Shown: in pieces, positions 1 through 13,168 of the stretch
Position numbering within the stretch: position 1 is the first letter of the stretch
Layout: every line of letters starts with the position of its first letter
Translations under genes and position numbers: made by a program
Source: Paragordius varius
Taxonomy: Eukaryota; Animalia; Nematomorpha
Direction: 5' to 3'
DNA length: 64,000 bases
Assembly: GCA_964247055.1 (NCBI GenBank)
Contig: OZ176050.1
Span: 13,702,001 to 13,766,000, forward strand
The notes under the pieces: generated by a model
Told to the model about the DNA's origin: nothing
Database searches by the model: none
Seen by the model: the letters and a program-made list of their open reading frames with translations, nothing else

Positions 1-3000
1 ATGGTTATGTCATGCACTTAAATCCAATACCGTAAATTATTCCACCATACCTAGCGAAATGTTTACCGGTGACAATTTCGGTGAAAATATGTATGTTATA
101 ATATCAAAATTTTTCATATCTTAATTAAATTTGTTTAACTTAATTCAAATGTGTTTAGTAACATATCATTGGAAAGTACCAGAAACAAAAAACAGTTGTG
201 GCTAGTTTTACGGGCAGCTATTGGTCCACAAAACACCCTGACCAACTTTAAAATTATCCATCAAATAAATCAATTAATCCTCAACAGGGAGTTTCAATTT
301 GTCAAATATCGCATGGAAACTGATGTATTAGTTTTTTCTTACTCAAAAATTTAAAATATGTTTTAGATATATGTTAAATGTGAAGCCGGTTGTCAATTAA
401 ATTTAAAGTTACAAATAATTTTTTTATTTTTAATAAGATTAAATTAATTTATGAAAAAAAGTAGGTTAATTTTTGACATTATTTTTAAGTCCATTAATTT
501 AATGATTATTTATAGCGAAAGAGTTCTTTTATAGCTTTATACATTGGAATCTCGGAACCGTTTTAAATGATTTTATTTTTTTTCAAGATATTTAACAAAT
601 ACCTGTTTTTAATTTTATTTTGATTTTTTGGGAAAAAATATAAAAAACTTTTATAATTGGCATATAAAGTGGATACCTTCCTCCCAAAATGTTTACGATT
701 GTGAAAAAATATATGGTACCCGCATCATGACCCATAAAAAATATTTAGAATTCGAATTATTTGATTAAAATTTAATTAGGAAGTCAAATGTATGTTTATA
801 TATATTACCAGGCTATCCACATATTGTTTTAAGTAGATACCAAAATTAGATACCATTTGATAACAACAGAATCAGAACGAAATGTATTTTGGCGTTTGAA
901 AAAACCACTTTTTAAAAAATCTAAAGAAAATTGGTTAGAACTTGAACTAGAAATGCACGCAATTACCATTCCATTTGTTGCTTTTATCCATATTTTTTTT
1001 AGTTAAAAATTACAGCTCTCCCAAATGATACAGTTAAAATCATAGGATTGCAAATAAATTCTACCAATGACCTCTTCGCCACAAAAACATTAAATTTTAA
1101 TTCAACTATAGTTCTTGCAAAACCAAAAGGTATAAAATCTACCACCGGAATGAACAACACTTTCACCCTATTCAATCTTATTTCGGGCGGTTCCGTACAA
1201 TACTCAAAACATAATCTAATAGTTAGATTGTATAAATGTAAACCACATCAATCCATACACTATATTACAAAGAATCTTAAAACGCAACACAACTTGCAAG
1301 AGTTAAAGCAGTTTATTCAGAAAAATAATTTGTAATTACTTATTTTATTCCGTAAACCTAAAAATTATGCTAACAAAACGTAGAGACATAAAGACAAATA
1401 TTTTTATTCAAAAGTCAACCATCCTCTTTTTTAATTTTGTTTTTCATATATACAGTATGAGTAGGTATAGCTAGATATGAAATATTGCCAAATAGTTAAT
1501 ACAACAGAGGCAGTATTATTGGCTTATAAATATTTTTTACACTTTTTATTAATATTAGCCAATAATACTGCCCTTTGTTTTATTAACTATTTGGCAATAA
1601 TTAATAACTTTCTAGCAATGTATCTTACTCATACTGTAAAACCATGAGATATATTAAAAATTTTAAAAAAAGTACAATGGTCTTTCAAAAAAAGTACAAT
1701 GATCTTTATGTTTTTAGGTTTGGTATGTGTGATTTAAACACAATTTTATAACATATAACTTATTTGTAGCACTCAAAATAAAATTGATCCGGAGTTAACC
1801 TATATGAGTACGGATGAAAAAATAATTTCATTTACGATGAATCAATACAATTTTAGTCTGTTAGATAAGGTTTGGCTTCAAACAATGCACAAAGACTCCA
1901 ATTTCCTTACCAAAATTATCAATTCGGTATCTTTTAAATATACTATTTATACCTCAAACTGACCCTTAAATATTTAAAATTTACCCTTGAACATTTCAAA
2001 ATGCGCATTGAAAATATATTATGAGGCTAAATTTACCTATAATCGAGAATTTTTGTTGGCATAATTTATTATTTTTTCTGCAATACAGCTTTTGGTTTTA
2101 TACAAAATTTTACAATATTATAAAACATAGCTATTCAATATTTTATGTAGAAAAATAATATTGAGTAATTTAAAGCAATAAAAAAATGCCTATAATTAAA
2201 TGTAATTTAAATTTTCTAATATTGAGTATTAATATAGAAAAAATTAAAATTATCATAAAAAAGCTATTGCGCCTAATATCAAGTTATTTACTTAAAGACC
2301 CGTATTTAGGTAATTTTACTCAATATGCACGGCCATGTCAGAAACTAAAGTAATCTAATTAAAGGATTTTACATGCTTGAAAAATTTTATTTAAGGTAAG
2401 ATTTCTAAGGATATGTATATTTAAAACGTTTTTACCGCGCCTAAAATTATATTTGCATATTAGTATTCAGAAATTATGCCACCACCTAGCCGAGATTGTT
2501 TTACCCTAATCGAAATGAAGAATAGTGCTGTGGTTAATTGGAAATTATCTTTTAATCCATTGATGCACTTCAATTCACCCGTTTCGTTTGTTGAATTGAA
2601 TAATCAAAAACATGAGAATATAATGCCCTACAATATTGAACTCAGCTTGTACAAGGGTACAACAGTTTTGGGAAAAGATAGTACGGGAAATACGTATTCT
2701 TGGCCTTTAAAGTACTTCTTATCCCAAAGGTATAAAGCACATACGAATCATTGTACCACGCCCAATAAGTTAACAATAGAGATTTGGAGAAAACATGGTA
2801 TTTTTACTGTTTAAATGTTAATTATAAATCTCACTGTTTAATTTTAACCATTAATATACCTTTGAACTATTAAGGTTCACCCTCGACCAATTCAAATTCA
2901 CCCTGTAATAAATTATGTGTATTTTAAGATTAAAAATTAGCTATATTATTTTATATTTTTTAAAAAAAATGAAATTATGTTTACAATTAAAATAAAACTG

Positions 3001-6000
3001 AAAAAATAATAACTTTGCCATAAAAATATATTAGTTTTTAATTGTGAGTTATAATAGCCCGATATAATTTTTTAGGGTGAATTTGAATTGTTTAAGGGTG
3101 AAACTGAATTGGTCGAAGGGGAATTGAATTGTTCAAGGGTGAATTTGAATTGTAAATGGTATATTATAACTTTCAGAATTTTTGAATTCCAAAACACTTT
3201 GCAAATACATTAACCAAAACGTGACACTATATCCCTTTTATATTTCTCACATCGATGGTACCAAAATGCACCAAAATTTAAACCCCAAGTATATATTCAT
3301 TCCAATCTTATTTATAAAATATTCTTACAATTTCTAAATGTTTATATAACAATTTCAGGGCATTTCTTGCTAAAAAACGACATGACTTGTCCTGTCTTAT
3401 GCAATCGATTGCATTGATCGAAGAAAAGTACAATGATAAATTCGTAATACAATTCCCCTGGAAAACAGCGAACCTCGAATTAATCCGTTACCCTAATCAA
3501 GTAAAATCGATTGATTAATGAACTATACGATTTAAAATTATACTCAAAATGTTAAATATTAATTTTATTAAACTTGAAATATTACATAATTTAAAATAGT
3601 TAGTGGTTGAAATCCCAGTTGAATTTTACATTGAAACCATATCCTTCATCCAATCGCCTCTATTCAAGGGTAAAAAAGAGGATTATTATCATTTTGATCG
3701 CCATATTCTGCACGATTCCAATTTGCACAAGGTACCTAAAAGATTTATAGTAAAATTTATTTTTACTTTTAATTAAAAATTTACTTAGTATTGGAGAAAG
3801 TATTTTAAATTTACTATGGTCCTCGAAAATTTCCGGCAAATAAGGAATTGATAAATTACAGGATACTTATAGTACTTTTAATTTTTTATAAGATTTTTTT
3901 CCCATTTAAAATAGCTTATATAATGTTAAATCAGCTATTTTGGAATATTCCATAATAAATATAAAAGAAAATTTTGATTCAAGCTCTGTTTACAAAATAA
4001 TTATGCGCGCATCTAACTTTAATGGAGTTATAATGATAAAAGTTTAAAAATTAACTCGTACGCCCTAAACGCACCATACTAATATAAATATTTTATCTTT
4101 TAAATATATCAATACCTGATTGCTAGATTATATTAATTCAGTACATAAATGGCATTGAAATACTTGAGGTTTATGAATATACTGTAATACGAAAACCCTT
4201 ATCCCAATATTATAAACTTATAAACCAAATAACTGGATATTACAAAAATAAAAGCTATAATTTCAAAAAATTCAAAGCTTATTATATTTTTGGCGAGTGT
4301 AATCAAAGGCATTCAGCGTTAATTCCTGCAAACTACCCAAGCTTAGCATGTATTGAATCGGTCTTTGAAAAAGGTATACAGTAAATTGAAATTATACGGA
4401 CAAAACTTAAAAATATAAAGACAATTTTTTTTCAAAAGACTACCATACTTTTTTTAACCTTAATTTATCCAATAAAAATTATTTAAATACAATCTTAAAT
4501 TACCTAATTGGTTGTGTTACCAATCTACATCTCTATATTATATTTTGTAGTTATACAATGAGTTACATTTGAAAAATTCAGAATCAAAAAGTATGGTTGT
4601 CTTTTAAAAATTTTTTTTGTCTTTGTATACGTTTTATCCGTATAATTACACTATCTATATTTATATATATATATATATATATATTTTAACATTTTATGAC
4701 AGAAATTTATATTGAGAGGCAAAACACTTGTGGACTGATCAAGAAATCTGGGCAATACAATATAATTTATGATAAAGGTCAAAATTTCAAGTATATATTT
4801 ATATATAGTAAAAATTGAAATTATACGAACGAATATATATATAAATATAAGGACAAATATTTTTTCAAAAGACCGCTGTTTTTAATTCATTTCTTCTACA
4901 ATCATTGTTAATTGCAATGTATGAAATAGAGATGTACTCACTGTTTATTTTAAAATTATAATAATTTATATGGGAAAAAATCAGGGCTTGAAACCGGAAC
5001 TGCATGGAACCGAAGCCCGGTTCCTGGGATTTTAACAGGCATTGGGATTAAACCAACGCGGTTTCGGTTCCACTTCTCCGGGAACCACCGCGGTACTGAT
5101 TCAAGATTTCAAGAACCACCTTGGTTCTATCTATAAATTTTTAGGAAGCAACCTGGTTCCGGTTCTACCCCTTTAATTACTGGTTTCTATATGATTTTTA
5201 ATATAAAAATTTTTTATTATTTAAATTTGATTGTACCACTATATATTACCTACTTGGAATTTTAAACTTAAAACTAAGCGCCTAATATTACATTAGCGAT
5301 CGATTATCTCTAAATTTTGGACGATTTAACTGTTCTAAAAAAACTAATAGTTTTAAGTCGAGTTTATTTATAATACATATGTTCGTATTTATGGTCTCGA
5401 TTGAAAGGAGTTTTCTCATCCTTAATTTTCTATTTTCAGACTTGAGCAGTTTGACCAGCCAATTGCTTGGTCCAATAATTTTTTGAAGTTAAAAAGATTT
5501 TTTCGGATGTCATACTTAATTTGATTCTCATTTTATACCTTAATAATACTTATACATTTTCCTTTAAATTTTTATAATTTTTTTCATTTATTATGGTACA
5601 TATTTTTCTTTCGCTATACATTTGGCAATTTATAATAAATTGTTTAATTGTTAATATTTTGGTTGTATTATTATAATAATAATTTTGCAAATCATTCAAT
5701 CAAAAGTTAGGAACCAAAAATGGAACCGGTTCCGTAACCGCTAATTTTTAAGGAACCACGGTTCCGGTTCCAAAATTTCAGGAACTGAGTTCTATTTTTA
5801 AATTCTTAAGAACCAACGCGGTGCCACTTGTTCGGAACCGACCCGGTTCCGATCACTTTTTGTGAACCGGTTCCAACCCTGGAAAAAATATGTCTTTATG
5901 TTCTTTGCATTATATCTTTATTTTTCAATTTTTACTAATATTATTTATAATTATCATTAGAAATTTGCCAATCAGAAGCGAAGCTTTTGGCTTATATCGA

Positions 6001-7468
6001 TATATTGTTATTGATATAACGCTAAAACCAATGAGTTTAGGAGAGTATAATTGGAATATAATTAGCCAAACTTACCAAAATTTGATTAATATAACCTCTA
6101 TGACATTCGATATCCGAGCCGAGGTATGAATTTTCCTATATCTTTATGATATATATTTAGGCATGATAAACGCATTTTCTGACCGTGGCTATAACCGCGT
6201 TTAAAGGAATCAGTTGTAAAAAATTCATTTAATTGTAAAAAATGCGTATATTATATTTTATACCATTTACAATTCAAATTCCCCCTTGAACAATTCAAAT
6301 TCACCCTAAAATAAATTTAATGTTTTTTAAGATTAAAAATTACTTATATTTAATTAATATATTTTCAAAAAATAAAATTTTGTTTTAAATTACAATAATA
6401 CTGAAAAAACAATAAACTATGCCATTAAGATATATTTCATATTAATGAGGACTTACATTAGCCCGAAAACACATAATTTGTTTTTAGGGTGAGATATGTT
6501 CAAGGGTGGATTCGATAAGGGTGAATATAAACTGCAAATGGTATATTAATATTTAAAACGTAAAAAATGATATAAAATTATCGCTATTTTTAAACCAATT
6601 TGATTTTTAATCAATTTTTTAAAAAAAAATTACGAATAAACCTTCGTTTTCAGAATTCAATAATTATTTTTTTACTCAAACCATATAAATATAATTGTTG
6701 TTTATTAATTTACATTAAGGTTACTTTATGGAGGGATTAGCGATGGTATCGAAATAATTGGGTAAAATAAATAAAACAATTTTCAGACATTTTTACTGTG
6801 AACTCTAAACTAGCAAAATAAAACAATTCTAAGGCGATCTATACAATTTAAATTCACTCTTAACCAATTCAAATTCACCCTCGAACTATTCGAATTCACC
6901 CTGAATATTATGTGTTTTTGGACTAATATAACTCATCATTAATATGAAATATATCTTTATGGCATAATTAATTATTTTTTCAGTATTATTTTAATTTTAA
7001 ACAAGATTTCATTTTATGAATATATAAAAAAATATAGGCATCATTCAATCCTGAAAAATACATAATTTATTTTAGGGTGACTTTGAATTGGTCGAGGGTA
7101 AATATGAATTGTTATAGGGTGAATTTGAAATGTTCAAAAGCGAATTTGAGTAAATGGAATATATAATATTAAAATATAAATTAAGGCGGAACAAAACATC
7201 CCAAAACCCAAACAAAGCTTTAAAAAAATGTCGATCGCTTATAATATGTTATTAATTTTTTCCTTCTGCGAAACCCGTTAAAAGCCTCTAATATAAAACT
7301 ACCTTGAAATAATTGTGAAAAACAAATTAAAAGTTTTAAAATAGGCAATTTCAATGGTAATACATAGAAATTTCTATTAAAAAAACTTCAAGAACGGGAT
7401 AATTTAGTAATCTACTATAGAAGACCAATGAATCCTTTAGCTTGTTTTGATTAAAAGTCAATGCACTG

Positions 7469-7499
<31 letters not shown>

Positions 7500-8182
7500 G
7501 TAAAGGGCAAGATGAAAATATATATTTCCTAATTAATATATCATTCGATAGATTATATTTTATTTTTAGGGGTCATTTGCCATATATAATGCGGCAACTT
7601 GCAACATTTCAGTCCTGAAAAAATCTGGTGTTTATTGGCATTTACATTCATTAAAGCTTTCAAATTATAAGGTATACTTTTATAATTACAATGTATTTTT
7701 TTAACATTTTGCAGTTAAGGATGAAATTATACAAACATAAAACACAAAAATAAAAAGACAAATATTTTTTTTAGACAATCATACTTTATTTAACCTTAAT
7801 TATTCCTATATAAATTATTATTAAATTACATGGTAAAATACAATATCGATTATTTTACCAATATACATACCTATTTCATACTTTACAATTAAAAACCATG
7901 AGTTATGGTAATTAAGTTCAAAAAGTAGACGATCGTTAAAAAAACATTTGTCTTTATATTTTTGCGTTTTTTACCTGTATAAATACTATTCTACTTTTAT
8001 ATTTATCCATATTCAAGTTCATAAAACTTCACAATGATTCTCTAATGATAAATGATGATCAATATACCAACACACTTTTGGTGGCTTTAAATTGCAGGAG
8101 GAATGCAGTTGTACCTTCATTAACGCATGCGAATGTTACATACAAATTTTTTGCTCTGATACAAAAATGCAAATTAATCTAG
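1..8182 (+). CDS. Unassigned multi-exon, multi-module protein (member of the window's novel gene family); 5' end lies off the window; 325-836 and 3732-3914 unresolved
   Basis: Phase-compatible GT-AG exons with open frames: <1-90, 159-324, 837-976, 1003-1331, 1770-1926, 2464-2797, 3177-3288, 3359-3500, 3600-3731, (3789-3799 or 3789-3851 with stop), 3915-4041, 4142-4373, 4703-4790, 5961-6123, 7570-7671, 8018-8182 (TAG). Exon 4703-4790 (EIYIERQNTCGLIKKSGQYNII) resembles 52524-52620 (ELYLESKSVCDLVTDIRAKYNII). The last exon ends LIQKCKLI*, like IVRYCQSNVY* and VIRICSSYIP* in the paralogs. This may be two adjacent genes. Confidence 0.62.
535..715 (+). pseudogene. Exon-like segment with two in-frame stop codons
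   Basis: AG at 533-534 and GT at 716-717, phase 0 to 1. It translates LYTLESRNRFK*FYFFSRYLTNTCF*FYFDFLGK...NVYDCEKIY; FYFDFLGK matches FPFKFLGK in paralog exon 20747-20939. Confidence 0.4.
1453..1636. mobile_element. Palindromic MITE (CAGTATGAGTA termini); related copies at ~40990-41185 and 45800-45981
   Basis: Terminal inverted repeats cagtatgagta...tactcatactg, TA flanks, internal inverted ggcagtattattggct/agccaataatactgcc. Confidence 0.75.
2848..3159. mobile_element. MITE family A (CCATTTACAATTCAAATTCACCC termini), representative copy; others at about 6263-6541, 6843-7157, 22674-23001, 30695-30961, 33409-33718, 43313-43611, 44412-44731, 46785-48969 (interrupted), 59355-59627
   Basis: About 280-330 bp. 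Long TIRs built from a degenerate ~21-nt unit (aattcaaattcacccttgaac), shared AT-rich core, usually TA-flanked, no ORF. Confidence 0.9.
4982..5881. mobile_element. Non-autonomous hAT element with GGAACC/GGTTCC subterminal multimers
   Basis: Termini CAGGGCTTGAAACCGG...CCGGTTCCAACCCTG; exact 8-bp TSD GAAAAAAT at 4974-4981 and 5882-5889. Confidence 0.88.
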
Positions 8183-8666
8183 CCTTACCTACCATATTAT
8201 TATTTAAATTATCATGAAATCTTTGGAAATAATTGAATAATAAATCTAATATTCAATCATAATTATTAATGATGATGTGAGATTGGGTAACCGATATAAA
8301 GCTTTGAACCATTTAGTTATAGTTTCACCTTGAGAGTCAAGAATGCGTATTTTAGTAGCATCATATTCTATAAATTTATGTGTTTTAAATATCATTCGTA
8401 ATATACTTATACAGTATGCATTTTAATGGTTGACACTATAGTTGGGCAATTCGCAACACAGTATTGATGGAAAAAAAACAATACTTTAAATCAGTGGTAC
8501 TCACCAAAAAAAATTTGACGGGCCAAATTAAATATATTTTTTTTCGAGGGCCATGAACTTTATACTGGCAAATATCCTATAGCTATTTGATACATAGGCA
8601 CATATACTTTAAATCAGCACAAGGTTTTTTTTGCGGATGTAATCCAGCTAAAACTCGTTTTTCACC

Positions 8667-8932
8667 TGTAAAGTTGATTTATTCACGTATAGCAATATGG
8701 TATAATAAAATAGAGTTGAGCGATAAAAAGAAAACCAAAATAAAAAAGTGAGTTGCTATTATATCACAAGTTCTTTTTATGTGTGCATGCCTTATTTGCG
8801 TAGACGTTACACAATGGTTATTCTCAACAACAGATAAGCTTTAAAACGAAATATATATATAATATTCAAATACAAAATTACTGATGCAACATGAATTGGT
8901 GTGTTAACAAAATAGAATATTATAACCTTACA
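8667..8932 (-). repeat. 3' LTR (266 bp)
   Basis: Direct repeat of 12902-13168; 6 substitutions and 1 indel by manual comparison. Confidence 0.96.
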
Positions 8933-8945
8933 TTACTCCCCCCCT
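8933..8945 (-). promoter_or_regulatory. Polypurine tract
   Basis: AGGGGGGGAGTAA on the minus strand, abutting the 3' LTR. Confidence 0.9.
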
Positions 8946-8983
8946 AAGTTAACCACGGGGGCTGTCGTGTTCGTACATTATAC

Positions 8984-11900
8984 CTATAAGTTTAAACGAT
9001 CGGGAGGCTGCCGTCTTCTTAGCGGATATCTACGCTCGGGTAGGTCAGAAACCTCCTTTACCACGTCGGGTGTGGCCTCTACAGGCGTCAGCGATTCTGG
9101 GGCTACGTCTTGCCATGAGGTAGCAGGAGTTGGGGCATTTGAGATTCCGAGGTGGGATGGAAGGTTTGTTCGGAGTGGGCTCCCTCGACATGACCCGGGA
9201 CACTTTCGACGCTGGGATATTTATGCTCTATTAAGGGATTAGTTTAGTATGAATTCCCTCCTGACCTACGTCGTAACTGATCTGCATGTTTACGTTTTCG
9301 AATCCCTTCCTCATCTTGCACTTCATACGAGAGTAACCCCCTTCTCTCCAGAATGTGACCTGGCCGCCAGCCTACGGCCATTTCATTTTTAATATAGACA
9401 GGATCGTCTTGTTGGAATTCGCGTCTCGGTTCATTTTCGTGCTCTATAAATTCGACAGGGGTTGTTTTTACCCAAGAGATAGGATTGTGTACACGCCGTT
9501 TTAGGAATATGGCGGAAGGCGTTTCTTTTAGCGAAGAATGCATGCTAGTTCGATACGAATAAAGGACCGTGTTGATAGCTTCATATGTATGCATTTGTTG
9601 GGTCTTAGTAGCGGCGTATTTCGTTTTTAATGTCTTTATTACTCTCTCTACTAGACCGTTTGTTTTGGGGTGATAGGGTGCTGCACAGATGTGCTTTATA
9701 TTCATATGATTTAGGAGAGTCGTAAATTCTCTTGAAGTAAAATACGTGGCGCTATCGGTCACAATTTGGCGGGGAAAGCCAAATCGTGCTGTTTTTCCAG
9801 GCAATTTAAAACGTTTTGACTCGTTATTGATTTAAGAAGATCTATCTCTCACCGTGAGGCGCTATCGATAGTCACTAACCAATAATATCCGTCCACCGGT
9901 CCAGCAACATCTATATGTAACCTTTCCCATGTCAAAGTGTTAAAATTCCATCGATAGGGAAGATTTTCAGGTGCGTTAGGTCGATAGGTTTGGCAAGCCT
10001 CGCACCTTTCCACATAATCCGCTAGATCGGTGTCTAATTCGGGCCAAAATACCGAACACGGGCTTTCATTGTTTTTAGCCCGCTGTGTCCCGCATGCAGA
10101 AGTTTCAATATCGTTTCCTGCATCGCTTGTGGTATCACTAAGCGATCATTCAGGCATAACAGATTATAACAACACTCCAAGTCGTTTTTATGTTTTAAAA
10201 AAGGTTTCAGATCTTCGTCGATCCAACTGTTTGTCCTGAGAGCATTTTTAACTTTTGATAACCGTTGGTCAGTGATCGTTGCCTCTTCGACCACTTTCTT
10301 ATTTACATCCAGCGTTTTTAGAGCCAAAAATCGTACCTGCTTGGTGGCCGCGTCATCTTCATCATCTGGTTGGCTATGCTCTATGGGAAGTCTCGACAAC
10401 GCGTCATCTAAGTTTCCTTCCCCTTTCTTGTAAAATATTTCATACTCGTACCCGATGGTCTTCGATATCCACCTGAGCAGTTTGCTATTATTAATGTTGT
10501 TGATGTCTCTCTTCCGCCCAAATAGTGACACCAGCGGTTTATGATCTGTATATATCTCGAAAGGTCTTCCATATGCAAAGTATTTAAATTTTTCTAGGGC
10601 AAACACTATGGCCTTGGCCTCTTTTTCGATCGTGGAATAACCCTTTTCTGCTATTGAACAAGTTCGTGACGCGTAAAAAATTGGGAGTTTCCCCTGTGGG
10701 GTCTTATGAAACAGTATTGCCCCAAACCCCTTGTTGGAAGCATCTGTTTCGATCAACAAGGGAAAACGGTCGTTAAATGGCATTAAAGCGGGGGGCCTGA
10801 TTAGCAAGCTTTTTGCTTTCGCGAATTCACTATCATCTGCCGGGGTCCACCGCCAAGGTGTATTCTTTCCACTTAACTTGTGTAAGGTTGCTAGGTGTGG
10901 GTGACAGTTTGGTATAAACCGCTCATGAAAATTTATTAAGCCTAAGAACGAACGTAGCTCAGTTTTGTTTGTAGGTGTCGGACAATTTTTAATGGCCTCT
11001 AATTTTTCATTGGACGGCTCAATACCTTGGTCAGAAATCACGTACCCCATGTATTTGACTCGTGAGATACCAATTTGCAATTTGTCACGGCGCAATCGTA
11101 ATCCCGCCTCTTGTAACCTTCTAAATACTTCCCTTAATCTTTAATCATGTTCCTCCCTGGTAGCTCCGGAAATTAAGACATCATCCAGGTACACACAAAT
11201 ACCAGGTATGTCCTTTAAAAGATTGTCCATGCATCTTTGAAAGATCATAGGTGCTGAAGTTAATCCGAATGGAAGTCGTTGGTAAGCATAAAACCCTTTG
11301 TGAGTTGTGATGGTTACTAGCGTCTGTGACGCCCGGTCTATCGGAAATTGTAAGTAAGCATCTTTCAGGTCTAAAGTGGAAAAATTATCCCATTTGCCAC
11401 TTTGGTGGCCAACCCGTCAAAATTAGGTATCAGATGAGAATCCTTTGCTAAATAACGGTTGATACTAATTCGGAAATCGGCACATATCCTAATTTCTCCA
11501 TTTCCTTCAACTATATTTACTGTGGAAGAGGCCCATGTTATTGGGGTTTGGGTCGGATCGATAGGTCGGAGTATTTTGAGTTTAACTAATCTATCAATTT
11601 CATTTTCTACTAAAGGTTTTAGAGTTAAAGGTACTCTACGACAAGGAAAAACTTTAGGTTTGGCCCCGGGGTCGATAAATAATTTTATTGGGGGCCCCTT
11701 GAAAGTACCTAACTCGTCTGAAAACAATTTGTCAAAATAATCAAATAACATTTTATTATTAGGTGCTTGCGTATGTAAAACTGAAAAAACATTTTTTTGG
11801 GAATTCTAACCGAAACGCCCGCATCCAATTCATGCCGAACACGGCTGGCGGGTTAGTTTGCGTCACCACGCAGGGCAGGCACTTCTCCTCTTCGTTCAAA

Positions 11901-12879
11901 ACCACTGAAATCATCGATTTTCCGAGTACTTCTATCGGGCCATCATTGTAGGTTCGCAAATTTGGAGCTGGGAGCAAACGAGGTCGACCAATATTTACCC
12001 AAGTGCGCTTGCCAATAACGGATACCTCGGCGCCTGTATCGTAGATAAACGTTGTTGGTATATTATTTATTAATACCTGAATCCGGGGGGTGTTGTTCGG
12101 GCTAGTCATGGTGCGGATTGACGGCCGTCGGAACGTTGCCTTGCATACTGTGCTGAAATGATTCCATTTGTCGCAATTGAAACACCGTTTTCCTTTTGCC
12201 GGACAGGTGGCGGAACCATGTCGATACCCACAATTACTACATAGCTTTCGGGTTATTTGATTGATTGTATTATTATCATTAACAACTGGTTGGATACTTG
12301 AAGGAAGTTCACTGGTATTATTATTGTTCATATCATTATTATCTCTGATGTTGTGAACCTTTTTATCTTCTAATTCATAGGAATAAGCGATGTCTACAAT
12401 CGCTTAAAGGGTTACCGGACTCCCGTTCTTTTGCCATCTGGATATTTGGATTGAATTTCGCGTTCTACTCTGGGATTTTCAAGACCTACCAGGAATAAAT
12501 CGCGTAATTTTGACTGAATATCCCCTTCAAATTTCCCGGCTTCACAGTTTGCTTTCATTCATCTGGCATTTTTTTTTAATCGGTAGAATTCAACTTGATT
12601 TAACCATAGGCTGCTGATTGGTGAATATATCTGAGTGGCCAAGGTTGCAATTTCCTCCCATTCCATGTCATCTATGAGTTTTGGGTATGCTAACGTTTCG
12701 ATTTTCATTATTACTTGAATACCGCCGAAAGCGAGAATAGTGCGTTTCATTGTGGTGTCATTGGATTCGATATTTTTGGAATTTAAGACTCTCCTGATGT
12801 GACGTATATATTGCGTAAAATTCATCGGTTCCTTAAAAGGCTCCAAAATCAGTTTTGAAATGTCCAGCGCTTGGCTCAT
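8984..12879 (-). pseudogene. gag-pol remnants with frameshifts and stops
   Basis: Gag start MSQALD; double Zn knuckle CSNCGYRH...CFNCDKWNHFSTVC; protease YDTGAEVSVI; RT RICADFR and YLDDVLISG; RNase H ETDASNKG and YTDHKPL; integrase HAGHSG, VTDSATYF, PYHPKTNGLVER; C-terminal RRYPLRRRQPPDRL in a shifted frame. Confidence 0.93.
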
Positions 12880-12890
12880 TGAAAGCTAAT

Positions 12891-12899
12891 ACGGCACCA
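12891..12899 (-). promoter_or_regulatory. Primer binding site, tRNA-His type
   Basis: TGGTGCCGT, 2 nt inside the 5' LTR boundary; complementary to the ...ACGGCACCA 3' end of eukaryotic tRNA-His (9-nt match only). Confidence 0.7.
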
Positions 12900-12901
12900 A
12901 A

Positions 12902-13168
12902 TGTAAAGTTGATTTATTACCGTATAGCAATATGGTATAATAAATTAGAGTTGAGCGATAAAAAGAAAACCAAAATAAAAAAGTGAGTTGCTATTATATC
13001 ACAAGTTCTTTTTATGTGTGCATGCCTTATTTGCGTAGACGTTACACAATGGTTATTCTCAACAACAGATAAGCTTTAACACGAAATATATATATAATAT
13101 TCAAATATAAAATAACTGATGCAACATGAATTGAGTGTGTTAACAAAATAGAATATTATAACCTTACA
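12902..13168 (-). repeat. 5' LTR (267 bp)
   Basis: Direct repeat of 8667-8932, adjacent to the PBS. Confidence 0.96.

Larger units (their letters stand above)
8667..13168 (-). mobile_element. Full-length Ty3/Gypsy (Mag-like) LTR retrotransposon, coding-defective
   Basis: LTRs at 8667-8932 and 12902-13168 with TGT...ACA ends; 5-bp TSD TCACC at 8662-8666 and 13169-13173; PBS next to the 5' LTR and PPT next to the 3' LTR; domain order gag-PR-RT-RH-IN. Confidence 0.97.

Noticed and set aside
5890-5960. Hydrophobic N-terminus of ORF 5890-6129 as a signal peptide
   Set aside because: Translated T-rich intron upstream of the acceptor at 5960; the real exon is 5961-6123.
8967-9242. Plus-strand ORF as env or accessory gene of the LTR element
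   Set aside because: Antisense shadow of the frameshifted integrase C-terminus; the same applies to ORFs 10030, 10279, 11459 and 11763.
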